NCBI GenBank assembly: GCA_963783835.1
Contig: CAWAOX010000014.1
Coordinates: forward strand, 87,855 to 151,854
Reading direction: 5' to 3'
Length of the DNA stretch: 64,000 nucleotides
DNA from: an uncultured Actinomycetota bacterium
GTDB lineage: Bacteria; Actinomycetota; Thermoleophilia; RBG-16-64-13
Part shown: positions 59,787 to 64,000 of the stretch, one piece after another
Position numbering within the stretch: the first letter of the stretch is position 1
How the letters are laid out: each line of letters opens with the position of its first letter
Translations under genes and position numbers: made by a program
Notes under the pieces: generated by a model
Seen by the model: the letters and a program-made list of their open reading frames with translations, nothing else
Database searches by the model: none
What the model was told of the DNA's origin: nothing

Positions 59787-60095
59787 ATGGACTTCGCGAC
59801 CGGAGGACGGATGGTAATACCAACAATACCCGTCCGGGTCAGGGTCTTCGTCGATGGCCGGGTGCAAGGGGTCGGGTTCCGGCAGAGCGCTGCCCGGGAA
59901 GCGACGCGCCTCGGGCTGCAAGGATGGATCCGCAATCTGCCCGACGGGCGGGTCGAAGCGGTCTACGAGGGCACGAGGGACGCGGTCGAGGAGATGGCGG
60001 CATGGAGCCGCCGGGGCCCGTCATGGGCCATGGTCACCGACATGAGCGTCCACGACGAGGAGCCCAAGGGGGAGCGGGGCTTCAGCGTCCGCTGA
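59787..60095 (+). CDS. acyP: Acylphosphatase
   Basis: GRVQGVGFR, GWIRNLPDGRVE, GP...V. Confidence 0.92.
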   Translation: MDFATGGRMVIPTIPVRVRVFVDGRVQGVGFRQSAAREATRLGLQGWIRNLPDGRVEAVYEGTRDAVEEMAAWSRRGPSWAMVTDMSVHDEEPKGERGFSVR

Positions 60096-60173
60096 CGGCT
60101 GAGAGAGGCCCCCCGCGCTACAGGCAAATCACGCGGTGCCGGGCCCCCGGTGGGCGCGGACAAATGACCTTCC

Positions 60174-60454
60174 CTAGCCGCCCAGAAGGTCTTGCTTCCG
60201 CTGCAGAAACTCCTCCCGGTCGATCTCGCCGCGGGCGTAGCGCTCTTCAAGTATCTGCAGCGCGCTCTTGGGCGCCGGACCTCCCGGCGGCGGAACTTGC
60301 GAGTGGCCCGTCTGGCCGTGTCCTGGCGCCCGGAGAGACCCCGGACCAGAAGGACCACGCCCACCACGATGAGCGCCAGTACGGCGAGCATGATGACTAC
60401 CCCGATCACGCCGCCCATGCCGCCCATGCCGAATCCACCATTCCACATCATCAT
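60174..60454 (-). CDS. SHOCT-domain membrane protein, frameshifted
   Basis: MMMWNGGFGMGG plus TM; ALQILEERYARGEIDREEF. Confidence 0.8.
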
Positions 60455-60461
60455 GCGCCTC

Positions 60462-61085
60462 CTATCTCCCGTACCAGTCTTGATACCAACTCTGCATCTG
60501 TTCGATCTCGGCCGTCTGGGTGGTTATGATCGAGCGGGCCAAGTCCTGTATCTCCGGCCGGTCCGAGCGGGCGAGGACCATCTGCGCCATCATCACTCCC
60601 ATCTGGTGGTGGGGGATCATCTGCTCGATGAACTCCTTGTCGAACACGGGCGCCGCCTGAAGGACTTCGAGATCGGCCCCATCATTCATCATCATGCCGC
60701 CCCCCATCATCCCCGGGCCGCCTCCGAGGCCACTGGAGTCGCTGCCTTCCGGCGCTTCAATCCCATACCACGACCTATACCAGCTCCTCATCTGCCCGAT
60801 CTCTCGAGTCTGGTCTCGCCCGATGGTTTCCGCCAACTGCCTCAGTTCGGGATGTTCTGCCCTGGTAAGCGCTAGTTCCGCCATGGCCACGGCATCCTCA
60901 TGGTGCGGGATCATCTGTTCGAGGAAATGGCGTTCCATGCCGGTTGTGAAGCCGCGCCCCGAGTCGACTGATGACCCGGCGCTTGGACCCCAGAGACCGA
61001 AGCCCCACAGAAGCGACAGGGTGACAAGCAGGATCACGCCGACTGTGATGCAGACGATCCCCACTATGGTAGACGTTCTCTTCAT
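60462..61085 (-). CDS. DUF305 (CopM-like) protein
   Basis: Two MIPHH motifs; QTREIGQMRSW and QTAEIEQMQSW. Confidence 0.88.
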   Translation of the reverse strand: MKRTSTIVGIVCITVGVILLVTLSLLWGFGLWGPSAGSSVDSGRGFTTGMERHFLEQMIPHHEDAVAMAELALTRAEHPELRQLAETIGRDQTREIGQMRSWYRSWYGIEAPEGSDSSGLGGGPGMMGGGMMMNDGADLEVLQAAPVFDKEFIEQMIPHHQMGVMMAQMVLARSDRPEIQDLARSIITTQTAEIEQMQSWYQDWYGR

Positions 61086-61262
61086 ACCTCTTCCTTTGAG
61101 CGGGTGGTCGTGTGGCCCGCGTTGCCGGGTCCACCGCCATTGAGCCTCAGACCGTTCGCTGTATTATTGATGAGTATTATACTCCTCTATTACTCCTCTG
61201 TACAAGAGCAGCATTGGATCCGCTATCGCCAGCCCTCCTCCCTCGCTTGTGCTAAATTATAA

Positions 61263-61282
61263 CCGTACAAGCGTTTATACGG
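61263..61282 (+). promoter_or_regulatory. Candidate ArsR-type operator
   Basis: Imperfect palindrome CCGTACAAGCGTTTATACGG (8 of 10 pairs) about 40 bp upstream of acr3. Confidence 0.45.
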
Positions 61283-61324
61283 ATAGGTACGGCCGGCGAG
61301 TGCCCCAGGGCGAACGAGGCGAGC

Positions 61325-62419
61325 ATGAAGCGCCTTTCCTTTCTTGATCGATACTTGACCCTGTGGATCTTCCTGGCCATGGCCATCGGCGTGGCGGCCG
61401 GCTACTGTGGCCCCAGATCGGCAAAGCCATCGAGAGTGCCTCCATCGGCACCACCTCCATCCCCATCGCCATCGGCCTGATCGTCATGATGTACCCGCCG
61501 CTCGCCAAGGTCCACTACGAGGAATTGGGAGACGTCTTCAGGAACTGAAGATCCTGGGGCTCTCGCTGGTGCAGAACTGGATCATCGGCCCCATCCTCAT
61601 GTTCTTCCTCGCCGTCCTTCTCCTGTCCGACAAGCCGGGGCTCATGCAGGGCGTCATCATGATCGGCCTGGCCCGCTGCATCGCCATGGTCATCGTCTGG
61701 AACGAGCTGGCCAAGGGCGACAGCGAGTATGCCGCCGGGCTGGTGGCCTTCAACTCGGTGTTCCAGGTGCTCTTCTACTCCGTCTACGCTTACTTCTTCC
61801 TCACCGTTCTGCCCGGCTGGTTCGGCCTGGAGGGGACGGCTGTGGACGTGAGCATCGGCCCAGATCGCCAAGAGCGTGGGCATCTATCTGGGCATCCCGT
61901 TCGTCGCCGGGATCATCACCCGGTTCACCCTGCTGCGCTTCAAGAGCAAGGAGTGGTACGACCACGAGTTCATCCCCAGGATCAGCCCCATCACCCTCAT
62001 CGCCCTGCTGTTCACCATCCTGGTGATGTTCTCGCTCAAGGGCGAGATCATCGTGCAGTTGCCCCTGGACGTGGTCCGGGTGGCCATTCCGCTGCTCATC
62101 TACTTCGTGATCATGTTCTTCGTCAGCTTCTACATGGGCAAGAGGGTGGGCGCCGACTACTCGCAAGAGCACCACGCTGGCCTTCACGGCCGCCTCGAAC
62201 AACTTCGAGTTGGCTATCGCGGTAGCCGTATCGGTGTTCGGACTGGCTTCGGCGCAGGCCTTCGCCGCGGTCATCGGTCCGCTGGTGGAAGTGCCGGTGA
62301 TGATCGGGCTGGTGAATGTGGCCTTCTGGCTCCGGCGCCGATACTGGCCGCCCCAGAAGACTGATGAGGCGCCTTTCGGTCACTCGACAAGAACGGGAAC
62401 AGAGACGGGAGATGAATAA
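61325..62419 (+). CDS. acr3: ACR3 arsenite efflux transporter, several frameshifts
   Basis: [51 protein letters not shown]. Confidence 0.92.
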
Positions 62420-63221
62420 TGTCTGAGCAACAAGGACAAGGACGTAGTGCGTGGAGCGGTGCGCGACCGCTACGCGGAGGTGGCCAAAGCGGGGTCGTCA
62501 TGCTGCGGCGCGGGCGCGTCGTGTTGCGGCACGACCTCCATGGCGCCCGATGAGATATCCGCCCAACTCGGCTATAGCGAGGAGGAACTGGCCTTCGCGC
62601 CGGAGGGGGCGAATCTGGGCCTCGGCTGCGGCAACCCCCAGGCGATCGCCGACCTGAAGCCCGGAGAGGTAGTCGTGGACCTGGGTAGCGGAGCCGGCTT
62701 CGACTGTTTCCTGGCCGCGCGGGGAGTGGGACCGGCCGGGCGCGTGATCGGAGTCGACATGACTCCGGAGATGGTGGCAAGTGCGCGCGAGAATGCGCGC
62801 AAGGCTGGGCTGGACAACGTCGAGTTCCGTTTGGGGGAGATAGAGCACCTTCCCGTCGCTGATGCCTCCGCGGACGTGATCATCTCCAACTGCGTGATCA
62901 ACCTCTCTCCCGACAAGCCGGCCGTATTCCGGGACGCGTTTCGCGTGCTCAAGCCGGGCGGTCGACTCGCCGTAAGTGACGTGGTCGCTACGGCGGAACT
63001 CCCCGAATCGTGGAGGGACGATATGCGTCTTCTGTCTGCCTGCATCTCGGGGGCGGTAGACATCGATGCGCTTTCTCAGAATGCTCGCGGATGCCGGGTT
63101 CGTCGAGATCGACATCCGCCCGAAGGAGGAAAGCCGCGAGTTCATCCGCGAATGGGAGCCGGAGACCGAACTGGAGGACTATGTGCTCTCGGCGGCGATC
63201 CGCGCTAGAAGACCCCAGTAG
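62419..63221 (+). CDS. arsM: Arsenite S-adenosylmethyltransferase, frameshifts near 62435 and 63075
   Basis: [40 protein letters not shown]. Confidence 0.9.
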
Positions 63222-63241
63222 CGCCGAGACCGACTCGAACG

Positions 63242-63964
63242 ATGGAGACTCTTGCTCTCTTCTCCGACGTGCATGGAAACAGCCTCGCCCTTGAGGCAGT
63301 CCTCGACGACCTGAAGGCGCGAGAGATCACCAAGGTCTACTGCCTGGGAGATCTAGTGGGCTACGGAGCAGATCCCAACGGGGTGATCGACCTTCTTCGC
63401 TCCCATGGCATCGAGAGCATCCTCGGTAACTACGACGAAGGGGTCGCCTGGGAGACGGGCGATTGCGGCTGCTTCTATGCCGACTGCGGAGGCGGAGCGG
63501 ATCGGCAAGGCGTCTTACGCCTTCACCGTCGCCGCGGTGACGGCCGAGAGGAAGGCCTACCTGCGCACCCTGCCGCGTGAGCTGCATGTGGATCTTGGCG
63601 GCAAGAAGGTCCACTTGGTGCACGGGAGTCCGCGGCGCATCAACGAGTACCTACTACGCGACCGCGACGAACGGACCTACCTGCGCCTGGCAGCGACCGA
63701 GGCGGACGACGTCCTCGCCTTTGGTCATACCCATGACCCCTGGTTTCGCCGGTATGGGAAGACGCTCTTCGTCAATGTCGGTTCGGTCGGGCGGCCAAAG
63801 GACGGAGACACTCGGGCCATCTACGTCGTCCTGAGCTCGTCCACGGAGACGCCCGTGGAGGTAGAGATCCGGCGCGTGGCCTACGAGTGGAGGCCGCCGC
63901 CGAGGCAGTCCTTGCCGCCGGTCTGCCGGCCGCGCTCGCCGACATGTTGCGCCGCGGAAACTAG
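63242..63964 (+). CDS. Metallophosphoesterase (ars-associated type), frameshifts near 63488 and 63886
   Basis: SDVHGN, GDLVGYG, GNYD, DCGC, HGSP, FGHTH, GSVGRPKDGD. Confidence 0.88.
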
Positions 63965-64000
63965 AGAGAGGTCGATGACCGATGAGTGATGTACTGCCGG

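Noticed and set aside
331-63964. About 14 frameshifted genes as pseudogenes or programmed frameshifts
   Set aside because: Single-base indels are scattered through otherwise intact genes with no in-frame stops seen, which fits long-read error; reads are needed to confirm.
63975-64000. Possible selenoprotein start MTDE(TGA)C
   Set aside because: The ATG at 63982 (MSDVLP) has better RBS spacing, and the sequence is cut by the window edge.

Overview
High-GC bacterial window; gene content (PASTA kinase, Asp23 operon, DUF305/DUF4126/SHOCT genes, Thr-rich lipoproteins) suggests a deep-branching Actinomycetota genome (inference). About 14 genes carry single-base frameshifts, most likely uncorrected long-read errors. 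1-25.9 kb: mixed housekeeping and envelope genes (TetR regulators with visible operators, tusA-dsrE-iscS-iscU operon, Mg-type P-ATPase, M23, VanW, SpoIID, SLH L,D-transpeptidase, asp23 operon). 11.6-42.9 kb: six proteins share 16 copies of one ~125-aa beta-sandwich module, including a degenerate PknB-like kinase and two paralogous large surface proteins. 39.3-58.3 kb: accretion zone at the 3' end of tRNA-Arg(CCT) (58254-58325, minus strand), with tRNA 3' duplications, three copies of a ~140-bp arm-like element and a 71-bp direct repeat, but no integrase. The tRNA-proximal 9.3-kb island holds the main candidate system: two TIR-TM-kelch proteins (Toll-like-receptor-like topology), a SLOG-SLATT 4TM effector, and a TIR-pseudo-cyclase-STAND ATPase-helical repeat protein; all three TIRs keep the catalytic Glu. 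After the tRNA: nitroreductase, DUF4126, acylphosphatase, SHOCT/DUF305 and the start of an arsenic operon (acr3, arsM, metallophosphoesterase). All family calls come from motif recognition by eye; no database search was run.
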